DNA of 64,000 nucleotides, taken from NCBI RefSeq assembly GCF_018350175.1, contig NC_058368.1:3534001-3598000 (forward strand). The letters are read 5' to 3'. Shown here piece by piece: positions 11,732 through 24,445 of this stretch. Under the pieces are notes generated by a model, which saw only the letters and a list, made by a program, of their open reading frames with translations, was not told the origin of the DNA and ran no database searches. This DNA is from Felis catus (lineage: Eukaryota). Every line of letters starts with the position of its first letter. Position 1 is the stretch's first letter. The translations under genes and the position numbers were made by a program.

Positions 11732-12500
11732 ATTTCAATATCACTCTATATCTGATATGGCTGAACTACTCACATTCTTTTCTTTATTCTCCTCGTTTAT
11801 TCTAGTTGTTTCTCAATGATATTTCATATTTTTTTATGAAGCCCTCACCCTCAGTATCCTTACAAAGCTATTTCCTTTATCCTATGGCTAATAATCATAT
11901 TAACACCTTAATTTGGGGAGGATTAACATCTTAAACACAATTCATGTGCTCATTCAAGATCATGGCGTGTTTATTCCTTAAAATTCACTTTTAGGTTTCT
12001 TAGAAAGTTTTCTGGTTTTCTTCACGTATGTTTGACACAATTCTCTTTAGGGAGATTCTTAGTAAAAAAATGTCCTATTTGTTCCTGTTGCTATTTGCTA
12101 TCGTAATCTTTAGTCTCTTTACCATCAAGCTTATTGTGCATGATATATCAGGACATTTTAGTTGTACGCTAGCATCCATTAACGATACTGAATATTCACA
12201 TCTAACTTTAGGTTCTTATCTGATTGACCTCTTATATTTACTAAGCCTACAATTATGCAATTTCAACTAATGGCAAAGTTGTCTACTTTTCAACAGTTCT
12301 TTCCCCTTTTTCTATTTCTATTTCTATTGATTGCGCTGACTAAAACGTCCAGAGCAATGTTGATTAGCTGTGTGGTATGTTTGTAAATACTCATTTTTCT
12401 AAAGAATTAATGGAAATGCTGATTATAGCTCACTGTTACATTTGCCTTGCTGTTTTTGTTTGTTTGGGGGGTTTTTGGGGTTTTGTTTGTTTGTTTGTTT

Positions 12501-12502
<2 letters not shown>

Positions 12503-12534
<32 letters not shown>
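12503..12534. repeat. (TG)n microsatellite
   Basis: Direct observation. Confidence 0.95.
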
Positions 12535-12536
<2 letters not shown>

Positions 12537-12719
12537 TAGATATAATGTTGAAACAGTTTCCTGTTTGTTCTATTTTCAGGTATATGTCTATCTTAAAATC
12601 AGTAACAGGCATTTTGTGCCCATCTTGCATTCCTACAGTATTGCCTATTTGGTCTTCTAATTTACGAATAAATTGAACTTGCTAATATTTTATTTAGGTT
12701 ATTTTTTAATCTTTTACAG

Positions 12720-12870
12720 AGAGGCAATATAATGGAGTGGTTTACACCTGCAGCTTGGTACTCAAATGATGCATATCCAGTCTGCCACTTATTATCTAGG
12801 TGACCATGAGGCAAGCTTTTTAAACCACACGACCCTTCTTCGTCTCTTCATCTGTGAAATGAGAAAATAT
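12720..12870 (+). mobile_element. MIR fragment
   Basis: gaggcaatataatggagtggttta...tctgccactt...tgaccatgaggcaag...ttcatctgtgaaatgag. Confidence 0.7.
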
Positions 12871-14059
12871 TATCTACTACTTTGGATTTGTTAATTCAGT
12901 GCCTGAATAACCCAAAAGTGAATTAAGTATTGTCAGTGATTGGAGTACAATATTTGGTGAAAAGTAAGATTTATCCATATCTTTTCTTTTAAAAGAAAAG
13001 TATTCATGTGAATTCCTTTCTTTCTTATAGTATATACTTATAAACAATTTGGTTAATTTTATTTGAGTTCTCAAAATTTTTAATTATTTATTCTCTAGAA
13101 TAATTTTTTCTGTAAAATTATTGGGATCCCATAACTTGGCATGATCTGCTTGTTAATGCTTGGGGAAATATATTTCTAGATCTGGAAACTGGAAACTTAT
13201 TACAGGAAAATATTTGAAAACTTTCTTTAGTTTTTCATTGATTTTTTTAAAAAAGGCCATTTCAACATAATCTTCATTCAAATGAAGAATATGTGCATTT
13301 GTAAAATTATTTTTATCTAGGAAATTATCTCTAATTGCCGTTAAACTTACATTAGTCTGCAATGTATTTTCCAGCATCTTTTCTTTGGGGAGTCCTTTCT
13401 TTATAAAAAGGAAAGCACTCTTTCATTCACTAACATTTTATTATGATTTTCTCCCTTCTAACTTACTTCTTATTGTTATATTTATTATCAACTTGATTCT
13501 AATTATCTTGCTTTTCTTTCAGTGGCTTTGATCTGAGTTCAGAGTGAATGTTCAAGACATTTTTTTTCATATGTAAAGTAAGACATTTAATAATATAAAT
13601 TTTCTTACGTGTGGCTTTTCTAGCTTCCGTACTTTTTTGTAAGTAGCCGTTTCTTTTATCATTTTTAATAATCTACAATGTTATTTCCTTTTTTACTGAA
13701 AAGATGTTTAAACGCTGTTTTTTTTTGTTTCTTTTGAACTTTCAAATAGTTAAGTATAAATTTTTCTTATTTATTTTTGTGAATTATCCATTCATAACTG
13801 TGACCAGGAAATAAAACTATATATTTTTGTGTCATAGGTTTATTTTCAACTTTTGGATCCTAACATGTGATCAGGATGTAAAAACGTTTTAAGGTGTTTT
13901 GAAATGACTATATTGTAGAACACAAAGTTTAGTAATTTACCCCAAACATATCAGTGGTGTTTTTCAGATCTTTCGTGTTTTCACATGTGACCTTTTGAAG
14001 ACCAAATAGAAATCAGTGTTTCCTTTGAATTTTTTATCTTCTGCTCCTATTGATTTTTT

Positions 14060-14895
14060 TGCCAGCTTTGTTGAGGTATAATGGACATAAAATATTGTGC
14101 CACTTTAAGGTGTACAATGTGTTGATTTGATCCATTTATATTTTGCAAAAATATTGCTACTTCCATTGGCTAAGCCTTGCATCATATCACATAGTATTAT
14201 TCTCTGTGTGTGTGTGTGTGTGTGTATGTGTGTGTGTGTGTGATGAGAATGTGCAAGATATACTCTCTTAACAACATTCAACTATATATTACAGTAATGT
14301 TAGCTATAGCCATCATGCTGTAACTTAGATTCCCAGAACTTACTCATTTTTGCATTTTGATATGCATTTCCCTGATGATTACGGATGTCAAGTACTTTTA
14401 CATGTACTTGTTGTCATTTGGAAACTGCCCATTCAGTTCCTCTGCCCGTTTTCTAACCAGGTTATTTGAGTTGTATGAGTTCTTTATATATTTTGGGATA
14501 TTAACCCCTTACCCTATGTAAGATATGCAGATATTTTTTCTCATTCCATAGGTCACCTTTTCATTTTGATCCTTTCTCCTGTGCAGATTTTTAATTTGCA
14601 CTTGATTTTTCTTTAATTTCTTAAGCTTTCTGTGTTACATCCAGGAAATCACTGCCAAGTGCAATGTTAAAGAATTTTCTGCTATGTTTTCTTTTAGGAA
14701 TTTTACAGCTTCAGTTTCTATGCTTAAGTCTTGAATCCATTTCAAGTTCATTCATGTGAGTGGTGTAAGATAGAGGTCCAATTCCATTCTTCTCCATGTG
14801 GTTTTCCAGTTTTTCCAACATCAAGTTGAAAAAACTATCCTTTCCCCACTTAGTATTCTTTACTTCCTTGTCAATTATTAACTGATTGCCTATGC
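14060..14895 (-). mobile_element. L1 3' portion (ORF2 C-terminal region plus 3'UTR)
   Basis: ORF 14711-14926(-) reads NQLIIDKEVKNTKWGKDSFFN, like L1 ORF2p; L1MA-type 3' end cagctttgttgaggtataat. Confidence 0.9.
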
Positions 14896-14900
14896 AATGG

Positions 14901-15118
14901 TTTAAGCAAAAAGTAACAAGAGACAAATATGGTGACTAAATAATGATAAGGGGTCAATTCGTCAAGAATATATAACCATAAGAAATTTATATGAACCCAA
15001 CATTGGAGCACCTAAATAAATTAAGCAAATACTAGCAGATCTAAAGGGAGAAATAAGCAATAATACAATAACAGTAGAGGACTTCAGTACCCTAGTTTCA
15101 ACAATGGATTAATCATCT
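14901..15118 (+). mobile_element. Inverted L1 ORF2 endonuclease fragment
   Basis: Translates KGSIRQEYITIRNLYEPNIGAPK*IKQILADLKGEISNNTITVEDFSTLVSTMD, matching the NIYAPN and GDFN motifs. Confidence 0.9.
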
Positions 15119-15186
15119 AAATGATGATTCAAGTTATCTTTCCTGAATTACCCTTTTCACCTGGAACTCAATATTTCTTTGGAGCT

Positions 15187-15405
15187 GGGCATCTAGGTGT
15201 CTCTGTCAGTTAAGCATCCGACATGGGCTCAGGTCATGATCTCCCACTTCGTGAGTTTGAGCCCCGAGTCGGGCTCTGTGCTGACAGCTCAGAGCCTGGA
15301 GCCTGCTTCCCATTCTGTGTCTCCCTCTCTCTCTGCCCCTCCCCCATTCACGCTTTGTCTCTCTCTGTCTCTCAAAAATGAATAAACATTTAAAAAATAT
15401 CTCAA
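15187..15405 (+). mobile_element. Can-SINE inserted in L1
   Basis: SINEC body; TSD aatatttc(t/c)ttggagct. Confidence 0.95.
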
Positions 15406-16094
15406 AAAATATTTCCTTGGAGCTAAAATGAGTCTCTTGTAGGCATCATACACGTGATCCCTTTTTTTTTTTTTTTTTTCCTCCTTATCCATCTAGCTAC
15501 TCTGTGCTTGGTGAGTTTAATCCATTCACATTTAGAGTGATTATTGATACCTGAGGATTTAATACTGCTGTTTTACCTTTTGCCTCCTGGCTATTTATTT
15601 TGTCTCACCATTGTTTCTGTTTCTTTTTCTACTTTTGTAAGTTGGTGATCTTCCATGATGATTTGCTCACTTTCTCACCCCCCCCCCCAACTTTTTTTTT
15701 TATGCTCCGTGTCTCTACACTCGATTTTTGCTTTGTGGTTACCATGAGGTTTACCTAAAACATCTCATAAGTAAAATAGTCTTTTTTCTGCCTATAACAC
15801 TGTGTCTTCATTTGCCTGTAAAGAATCTATCCTGTTACTCTTCCCTTTTTATATTTTTGATGTCACAAATTATCCCTTTCGAGGCTGTGACTTCACTGCC
15901 AAGCCGTAGTAGCTATAGTTATTTTTAATGCTCTTCTCCTTTAACCTTTATGCTACAGTTAAGATTTTAATAGAGTATTCTAAGAAAGAATTATAGTGTT
16001 CTAATTCTAACTTACTCTTTATCCCTTTAATCAGGGCTTGTGTACTTTTTATCTTTTTGTTTCAGTTTGCGAAGCTCCTTGAAATGCTTCTTGT

Positions 16095-16313
16095 GGGGCG
16101 CCTGCGTGGCGCAGTCGGTTGAGCGTCCAACTTCAGCCATGTCACGATCTCGCGGTCCGTGAGTTCGAGCCCCGCATCAGGCTCTGGGCTGATGGCTCAG
16201 AGCCTGGAGCCTGTTTCCGATTCTGTGTCTCCCTCTCTCTCTGCCCCTGCCCCGTTCATGCTCTGTCTCTGTCTGTCCCAAAAATAAATAAACGTTGGAA
16301 AAAAGAAAAAAAA
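16095..16313 (+). mobile_element. Young felid SINE (SINEC_Fc type) inserted in L1
   Basis: Diagnostic cttcagcca-gtcacgatctcgcggtccgtgagttcgag; TSD gaaat(g/a)cttcttgt. Confidence 0.97.
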
Positions 16314-17383
16314 GAAATACTTCTTGTAAGGCAGGTCTACTGGCAGTGAACTCCCACAGCTTTTGTGCATTTGGGCAAGCCTTTATTTCTCCTTCATATA
16401 TGAATAACTTTGCCAGTTGATGATGAATTCTTAGCTGGCAGTTTTTAATCTCTCAACACTTTCCATATGTCTTTCCACTTTCTTCTGTAGAAGAAGACTA
16501 TAGAAGACAATAGAGTTTCTGCAGAGAAATCTGCTGATAGCCTAATGGGGTTCTTTTGTAGGTTACTGTGTCGTTTTCCCCGGTTGCCTTTAAAATTCTT
16601 TCTTTGTTGTTGACTTTTGACAGTTTAAATATAATGTGTCTTGGAGAAGAGCTTTCTATGTTGAGATAATAAAGTATCCTATTAGCTGCTTGGAGTGGTA
16701 TCTCCAGTTTCTTCCCCAGATTTGGGGAGTTTTTGGCTTTTATTTCTTTAAATATACTCTCTGCACCCTCCCCCCTCCTTTCTCCTTCTGGGATACCCAT
16801 TATTCTTGGGTTGGTGTTACGTTGGTTTTTCTAATAGAGACAGTTCTTGGAAGGTTTCTTCGGTCCTTAAAAATCTTAGTTCTCTCTTCTCTTCCATCTG
16901 AATCATTTCCATGTCTTTGTCCCCAAACTCACAAATTCTCTCTTCCATATTATTTTCTTTTATTTCCGGTGCATTCTAATGCATTCTTCATCTAATTTAT
17001 TGAGTCCTTTGGCTCCATAATTTCAGGGTTTTTTTTTTAAGAATTTCAGTCTCTTTGATAAGGTAGTTCTTGTGTTCATTAATTTTTTTTTTTTTTTTTG
17101 AGATCACTTAATTGCCTCTCCGAGTTTTCTTGTGCCTCACTGAATTTCATCATAATAGCTATGGTAAATTCTTTATCACTTAGATGACAACATCCCCTGT
17201 CTTTGAGTTCAGTTGCTGGAAAATTACCATCTTCTTCTTGCGATGCCATATTACCTGTGATTCTTCACGGTGCTGATAGGAAGTGCCCCTGCCCCCACCT
17301 TGGAAGTAGTGAACATCTTTCACACTTAGTCAAGGTTTGGTAGTAGTTCAACAGGTTGGTAGTTAGAACCCTCCTTTTGTTTT

Positions 17384-17397
17384 CCAGAAGGTGGCGC
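17384..17397 (+). promoter_or_regulatory. CTCF-like motif within the L1 5' region
   Basis: CCAGAAGGTGGCGC, one mismatch to CCASYAGRKGGCRS. Confidence 0.45.
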
Positions 17398-17876
17398 TAT
17401 AGCACAAGTTTTTGGCTTCTTTTCTCTGAGCTGACTCTGCAAAGGTTGGGAGCACACACATAAGACAAAGCCAAACCAATCCAAACCAAAAAATGAGTAC
17501 TGGTGGAGTCGGGGGCGGGGTGTGTATTTAGTCCTTGGGAATTTGCATGTGCCCGTGGCCTGGTAAGGGAGTCCTCAAGTGCAAAGAAGGGGGTCTCAGA
17601 AGTCCTCTGGCAGTCCTCTTGCCTCTTGGGGCCAACAGTAAGACATGGTTTCTTCAGTTCTCCTTGCTTACTTCCTTTTCCTATCACTCCGCTCAGTTAG
17701 TGTGGTCTCTCTTCAGAGAGTTAGCGCTCCTTCCAGCTGCGGCGAAGGTGGGCAGAGCCGTGCTCAATGCATTTTACCCTCCACCCCTTCTCCCAGGAAG
17801 GTCAGACTGGCTATTACTTTCTGTGGTGCCACCACCTCGGCCACCACTTTCCTCATTCCACTGCTTCCATGGAAGC

Positions 17877-17902
17877 ATGGATGGATGGATGGATGGATGG
17901 AT
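17877..17902. repeat. (GGAT)n microsatellite
   Basis: Direct observation. Confidence 0.9.
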
Positions 17903-18044
17903 ATCTAAGATGTCCTGGTATGCTGTGCAGAGGCACTGTGTTGTTGTTGTTATAAATATCCAATTAGTTGTAAATCAAAGGAGAAAGGAAAAAAAGAACT
18001 GCTCTTCCTCCCAATGCCGTCATGCTGATGTCACTCCCTCCCCA

Positions 18045-18472
18045 TACCTCATCTTCTTTATTCATTTATCTATCCATCCATGGATACTTATGCTGTGTCC
18101 ATATCTTGGCTATTGTAAATAATGTTTCAGGGAACAGAGGGGTGCTGGTACCTTTCTGAGTTCGTGTTTTCATTTTCTTAGGATAAACACCCAGAAGTGG
18201 AATTGCTTGATCATATTTAGTTCTACTTTTAATTTTTGAGGAACCTCCCTACTGTTTTCCATAGTGGTTTCACCAATTTACATTCCCCTCAACAGTGCAC
18301 AAGGGTTTCCTTTCTCACTTCCTCACCCTCACTTGTTATTGTTTGTTTTTTTTGATAGTAACCACATCTCACAGGTGTGAGGTGGTATCTCACTGTGGTC
18401 TTGATTTGCATTTCCCTAATGATCGGTGATGCTGAGCACCTTTACATGTGTCTGTCGGCCTTTGTATGTCTG
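18045..18472 (-). mobile_element. L1 ORF2-end/3'UTR fragment
   Basis: ccatatcttggctattgtaaataatg...cccagaagtggaattgct...caggtgtgaggtggtatctca. Confidence 0.9.
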
Positions 18473-18539
18473 GTGGAAGAACTTTAAACCTAACTACCTA
18501 TAGAAGAAGAGTAGAATGCAAAACAAGGGATGAATTGAC

Positions 18540-18840
18540 AGAACCCAAAGGAATTTCAGGCCAATGAAAGTATTCTGTATGATAGTGAAATGGTAGCTAT
18601 GAATCATTGTACCTTTGTCCAAACCCACCGAATGTACAACACCAAGAGCGACCCTAATGCAAACTATGACCACTGTGTAATAATGATATGTCAGTGTGGG
18701 TTCGTCAGTTATAACGAACATACCGCTGTAGTAGCAGAGGCTATGTGGTGGGGGGAGGGGGGTGGATCAGATTTATACAGGAAATCTTGAACCTTTTACT
18801 CAAATTTGCTGTCAGTCAATCCAAAACTGCTCTAAAAATG
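18540..18840 (+). mobile_element. L1MC-like 3' end
   Basis: tattctgtatgata...tttgtccaaacccaccgaatgtacaacaccaagagcgaccctaatgcaaactatg. Confidence 0.8.
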
Positions 18841-19269
18841 TAGCCGGGTTCAAACAAAATGAAACAAATGAAAAAAAAAAAAAAAAAAAACTGGTCAGTA
18901 CCGGAAACCTACTTCAAAAAAACTCAGGAATAGAGGCACAAGCATCTTCCAAGGTAGAGCGAAAGGATGAAAGGGTGGGCCAGGAAGTGCAGTGGGTGAA
19001 AATGCTTAGGAGAAGCAGTATGTCCAAGAGTCTTCAACATGGGCAGCCGCACACCATCTTCCACTGGCAGCAGGAGCCATGGTTTCCTCTTTGTCAACAC
19101 TGAGCCAGAATCCTATAGATGGAGCAGATGGGCACAGTAGAAGGCAGACAAGGGGCTAGAAACAGTCAGGTAAGGGACAACCTAGATACTAAATGGTCCA
19201 AAGAACTTCCCTTCAGCCCATTCTTTTTTGTTGCTTCTCACCCTATGGGTAACGATCCTTAACGGCATC

Positions 19270-20130
19270 CACGTAGGAGATCAAATGCGTCCATATAAAA
19301 AGAAGGAGCTAAGGGACACTCCGGGATGATAATGAAGGGACAGTCTAGGATGCTCACTATACCACAAGCTTGGAGAGCAGCCACGAGAGTGGTAGCAGGG
19401 GGACACGGGTTCAAGCAAGGATGCCCATTGCCAAGAACGAGACATGGAATACTAGGTTACCCACCTAGTCCTACCTAGGGGGGGAATTTATTTATAGGGG
19501 CTTAGAGAGACAATGTAAAAATTTTAAAGATTATCAATTCTAAGAAAATCTGTAAAAACATACAAAGGTGATGATATATATTCATACTGTATTCAAAATA
19601 CTCTGTCATCTACGAACAAAACCTACCTAATCATAAGTTGTGAACACTACCAATTTAATTTGTCATAAAGTGGGGCACGTGGATGGGTCAATCGATTAAG
19701 CACCCAACTCTTGATGTGGGCTCAAGTTCTGATCTCACAGGCGTGAGATCAAGTCCTATGTCAGGCCCCAAGTTAGGCATGGAGCCTGCTTGGGATTCTC
19801 TCTCTCCCCCTCTCCCTCGTCCCCTCCCCTGCTCACTCTCTCTCATTCAAAAGAAAAGAAACTTTTAAAAAATGTCATCAGTTAAATAGGGAGATTAGAG
19901 ATAGAAGTGTGTATATGGATCTTATTAATTAATTAGTTAATTAATTTAATTAATTACTTAATTAAAATATTAATTTTAAAACATCAAAACAAAGCAGCTA
20001 AAAAGCTGAAAGTCATTGCACCTGAGGAGTGAAATGATTTGAATTGAATATGTAAATCTGACTGATAAGCGAGCCTTCTTTTTACCAAAACTAAAAGGGT
20101 ATGCATTACAGAATACTAAAGTAGTACTCG
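19270..20130 (+). mobile_element. HAL1/old L1-like fragment interrupted by a SINE
   Basis: ggatgataatgaagggacagtctaggatg...ttggagagcagcca resembles recalled HAL1 sequence. Confidence 0.45.
19672..19870 (+). mobile_element. Older Can-SINE
   Basis: ggggcacgtggatgggtca...ggagcctgcttgggattctctctc. Confidence 0.9.
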
Positions 20131-20207
20131 AACTAGCGTGAATGGGAATGGGTATACTGGCAAGGGGGTTCATTCTGAAGCTAGATCTTGTTTAAAACCC
20201 ATCTTGT

Positions 20208-20418
20208 GGGGTGCCTGGGTGGTTCAGTCGGTTGAGCATCCGACTTCGGCTCAGGTCATGATCTCGCGGTCTGTGGGTTCGAGCCCCACGTGGGGCTCTG
20301 TGCTGACGGCTCAGAGCCTGGAGCCTGCTTCGGATTCTGTGTCTCCCTCTCTCTCTGCCCCTCCCCCACTCATGCTCTGCCTCTCTCTCTCTGTCAAAAA
20401 TAAATAAACGTTAGAAAA
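20208..20418 (+). mobile_element. Can-SINE
   Basis: Full body; TSD aaaaccc(c)atcttgt; sits inside a MIR. Confidence 0.96.
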
Positions 20419-20999
20419 AACCCCATCTTGTTACTAACCATCTGAGTGATGTTGTAGGAGATTTCTAAGCTTCTAATGTTTTATTTTTCTCGTGCTTAAA
20501 AGGTGTTTATAATAGTTCATTCATAGAGTTGCTGTGAAAATAAATAGAAATGACATGTATGACAGTCTAGGACTCCTGTATGGTGTGTTTTTAGTAAATT
20601 GCGGTTTCCGTTTATAGAACATTAATAAATGGTATAACGGGCTTCAGCGAAAAAACTATGCATGGGCTTCTATATCATCATGAATTCATCTATGGAAAGG
20701 TACTAAAGTTGGAAATAAACTGACTGAAGTAATGTCGCAAATACACTGCAAGGCAAGCCTAAAGCTGTTAAGGGAAAAGATGCCAATCCACAGAAACAGA
20801 CCCTTAAACACTCCCACTAACTCTGGAAAAAAACTCTGGTGGGACATCCAGCAGAATCTTAGATTTTAACTAGAGAATTTAATGCTGCAGCCACCTACTC
20901 CTCTATGACTACCAAGTCCAGAGCTTTCGTCAGACGCCCTAGGACTACCAAGGTCATCCTCATCAGCGACAGAAATGAAGACAAGACAGTGACATAAAT

Positions 21000-21250
21000 A
21001 AAGGGTGTCAAGAGGTACAAAGTTTCAGTTATGAGTTACAAGTAAGTCAAAGAGATGGAAAATTACCACATAGGGAATCCAGTCACTAACACAACAACAT
21101 AAGCCGGCCAATGGTGACCACATCATGGGGAGCTCTGAGTAATGTACAGAATTGTTGAATCAGTATGTTGTGCGTGTGAAACTAATATAACATGCTAATT
21201 ATACTTCAATAAAAAAATAAATAAAACAAAGTAAAATAAAATAGAATAAG
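21000..21250 (+). mobile_element. L1 3' end (carnivore/L1MA type) with A-rich tail
   Basis: aggtacaaagtttcagttat...aattgttgaatcagtatgttgt...gaaactaatataaca...tacttcaataaaaaaa. Confidence 0.85.
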
Positions 21251-23179
21251 GAAAGAAGACACAAAAGAACTGGGATTAGAACTCAGGTTTGGTTTTTCAA
21301 AGCCAAGATTTGCTCTTACAAAGTTGAGTTTCCTTGCCTCACAAGTTTGGTTGTGTGCACCTCCAAGTTAGCCCCTCCAAGCTGAGAGCTATTTCAGGAC
21401 TCAAAGAGAGTCCTATGCAGGAAGGAAACACATAGTTCCATTGGAATAAAAAAAAAAAAAATCAACATTCCTTAAAGATGTCTCCTATCAATTACAACTC
21501 AAGTGTTGATTACAAAGAGAAACAATTTCCCATTCAAGGCTACTTAAATCCGGTTTAGCTTAATGCATTCATCTCATCTAGGTTAGCTCCCCAAAGGTCT
21601 TAGCATAGCGTGCTGGCATCCCCTGCACCAACCCCCACCCGCACACTCTGAAAGGAACATATATGACACTGAACAATACACAATGGAACCAGTGGGGAGA
21701 CAGAAACAGATGGCTCTTGTAATGGCAGAGTCAAGAGATTCTTGATCCAGGCTAAGGGTCTAGGAAAAAGGCAGCCAACAGCAGATGCCAACAAGAGAGC
21801 ATTGTCTCTTCGGAAAACTGTACTTTGTTTAGGAGGAGGAAGACATCCAAAGCATTGTAGAAATCGCTCTAATTTCCCATAACACAAATGTTGTAAAACC
21901 AAGAATAGCTGAACGAAATGGCAGTTGATACAGCAGACAAGTGGAGATTGATCAAGCCTAGTCATGATCAACAGTTCATTAAATTCCACACACAGTTTTT
22001 ATCATCTTTGCGCTTTGACTTTTTGACATTTACAATCCCCACACTCTTTTTATGGAGTTTCTATGTGGCTGGACTCTGAATCATAATCCCCCACGGAGCT
22101 GAAGGCAGCAGTGGAGTAAAGCAAGTGGGTCATTTCCAGTTGACAGTCAAGGACAGCATCGGAAAGACCTCTCTCTGCAGGGTGATGGTAATAAGCATTC
22201 TTCCCAGTCAGTGATCAGTTGTGAAAAAGACCTGTGGCCGGTTTCTAGAGGAGTGGTTGTGTTCACATGCGTGTGGGTAGGTCAGGGGCTTGGGGATACA
22301 AAAAGAGATGGAAGGAGTTAGTGATTTCCAGTTGCATTTCTGACCTACATAAGTTTCCTTTTGGGGGACTGAATGAGGACACCTAACTACCTGTTCTGAA
22401 TGCTGCACAAAAGAACTTCTGTTCTAGTTCAAAGGCAAGAAAATCTTTGTATAGGACTAAATATAGGAACACACATGCAGCAGTGTGATCATCTATATTT
22501 ATCCATATTCAACTTAAAAAAAAGATCTTTCACAAGCCAGTACGAATATTTTCTGTATATGACCTTTATATGCCTAAAAATAATTTCACTATCGCATACA
22601 CATTTTATTCTTCTTTGAAGTCGATATGAGAATAATTCAGTTTTTCCAACTTTATATCGCTACTCCTGTGGATATAAAAGGAGCCAAAAGGATCTCCAAA
22701 ATAAAGTAAATCTCTGGGAAATGGAAAGGAAATATTATTCACTAGCTCTATAATTTTTTACGCTATATCCAAAAGAAGGTGTGATGTAATTCGAGAGTTT
22801 CATGATATGGCAGTACCTTCTTCCATGGTTAGCAAAAGTTAATGTTTTCAGTCGGTTCAAGTTGATCACCTGGACATTAAAATTGCAATCCCTACCTGGA
22901 ACTTTGTGGGAAGAGAACTTGCCAAGATTTCCATCAGAGGAGCTGGGGAGTCCAGGCTTCCGCTAGCCCCCACGGGCCCTGTCCATGGACTCCTGATGCG
23001 TGAGTACACTGCCACACAAGGTCAAAACCACAGTGAATTTGAAAGGTCTCTCCCATCCTCAGAAGCAAAACCAAAACAGAGCAAACAAACACAGCTGGTC
23101 ACCTTGAAACTGCAAATCATTTCATTTGTGAATTTATACCTGCTTTCAAGGTCATATTATTTTACATTATTTCCCCAGT

Positions 23180-24310
23180 GCTAGTGTTTCCAATTCATCC
23201 AATAAGTAATTACTGAGTACCAGTATGGTGAGGTGGACTGCTAGGTGATGGAGGGTCGGCCAAGAACAAAACATGAGAAAATACTTGCCCACCGAAGCTT
23301 CTAGAAGAGGGAGTGGCAGACAGCATCGCATCGACAAACACACATTCAGATTTTAGTTGGCTATAAGTGATAACGAATTAAATTGGAGTAAAAAGGAGAG
23401 AGTTTGTAGAGGGGGAAACTGATATTTTATGTAGGGTGGTCCAAGAGGTCTCAGAAAAGGTGACGTCACATGAGGGTCTCCGGAAGTGAAGGTGGGAGCC
23501 CTGTGGGTGTCTGGAGGCAGAATCTTCTGCGGCCCTGCAGAGCCCTGAGGGGAGGCAGGGGAGCTGGAACCAAGAGAGGATGTGGGTGGGAGGCTCCAGA
23601 GAAGGAGCCAGCCCCAGAGCAGCGACAGCCTTGTGTCCTACTCTGGGGGAGGTGATGAGCCACTGAAGGGGTCCAGCATGATTCGCTGCATCTGAACAGA
23701 ATCACTGTGGCAGTTAGGAGGTCTTTGCATGCATCCAGGGAGGAGGTGGGGACCACTGTGGGAGTCGCAGAGCTGAGAAGTGGTCAGATTGGGGGGGGGG
23801 AGCATTTTTTGAAGGAATTTGCTGGTGGGTGAGAGTGGAAAAGAGGCACCTAGGAAAAGTTGTGACCTGAGCCAGTAGAAGTCACAGGTGCCTCTTAAAG
23901 AAATAGAAAAGACTGTGGAGGAAATGGTGGATGCCTCTTAGACATGCAAGACAGATGCTAAGGAGCCAGGTAGATACCCAGGTGTGGAGTTCAAGGGCCA
24001 AATCTTGAGCTGAAGGTACACACTGGGAGTCACTAGCTTATAGAAAAGATTAGCACCCATAAAGTAAAATGAACTCACCTAGGGAACAAGTACAGACCAA
24101 GAGAAACTTCCACAGCTCTGAGATTAGGAGGTGCCAAGGAGCCGGCAAAGAAGCCGGAGAAGAGCCGCCAGAGTGGTAGAAGGAACGAGAAAGAATGTCT
24201 GGATGACAACTGGACAAACGCTGAAAGGAAGAGCAAGGAATTCTCTTTGCCAAATGCTGTCGACAGAGTAAAAGGTAGACGAAATAAAGACTGAGAATAC
24301 GCCATCGAAT
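23180..24310 (-). mobile_element. L2 fragment
   Basis: ttcatccaataagtaattactgagtacc; ggtgtggagttcaaggg...tgggagtcactagc; caaatgctgtcgacagagtaaa. Confidence 0.7.
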
Positions 24311-24347
24311 TGGGGGGCATAAGCCATTAAGTTATATTAAAAAGTCT

Positions 24348-24445
24348 AAGCACTGGGTGTCGGACACAGGGCTTGGATCGCTGGAATCTACTCCCGAGAT
24401 CATTGTCGCACTATATGCCAACTAACTTGGATGTACATTTATAAA
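24348..24445 (+). mobile_element. Short carnivore L1 3'-end fragment
   Basis: aagcactgggtgt...ggaatctactcccgag...gcactatatgccaactaacttg, similar to 28705-28800. Confidence 0.7.

Larger units (their letters stand above)
10560..13950 (-). mobile_element. Very old, fragmented L1 (L1M-type) region
   Basis: T-rich antisense L1 motifs, e.g. ttattagtgctttt, taatttggggaggattaacatctt, ttgattgcgctgactaaaacgtccagagcaatgttg; interrupted by SINE, MIR and (TG)n. Confidence 0.55.
15123..18040 (-). mobile_element. L1 5' portion (5'UTR, decayed ORF1, start of ORF2)
   Basis: SIITLNVNGLNSP at about 15510-15548(-); ORF1p-like GIPEGE...SPRHIIFKLSKVNNKERILKA at 16498-16800(-); 5'-start-like gggagtgacatcagcatgacggc at about 18038(-). 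Confidence 0.88.

Noticed and set aside
16498..16800. ORF1p-like ORF as a functional or domesticated gene
   Set aside because: Only a fragment, frameshifted at its end, inside a rearranged L1.
17535..18122. 195-aa plus-strand ORF
   Set aside because: Runs antisense through an L1 5'UTR and a (GGAT)n microsatellite.
490..19660. Two oppositely oriented HAL1-like pieces as breakpoints of a 19-kb inversion
   Set aside because: They appear to overlap in consensus position, so independent copies are the simpler explanation.
22896..23010. Minus-strand candidate exon ending CAG|gtaggg
   Set aside because: Ambiguous acceptor and unrecognised peptide; not distinguishable from a pseudo-exon.
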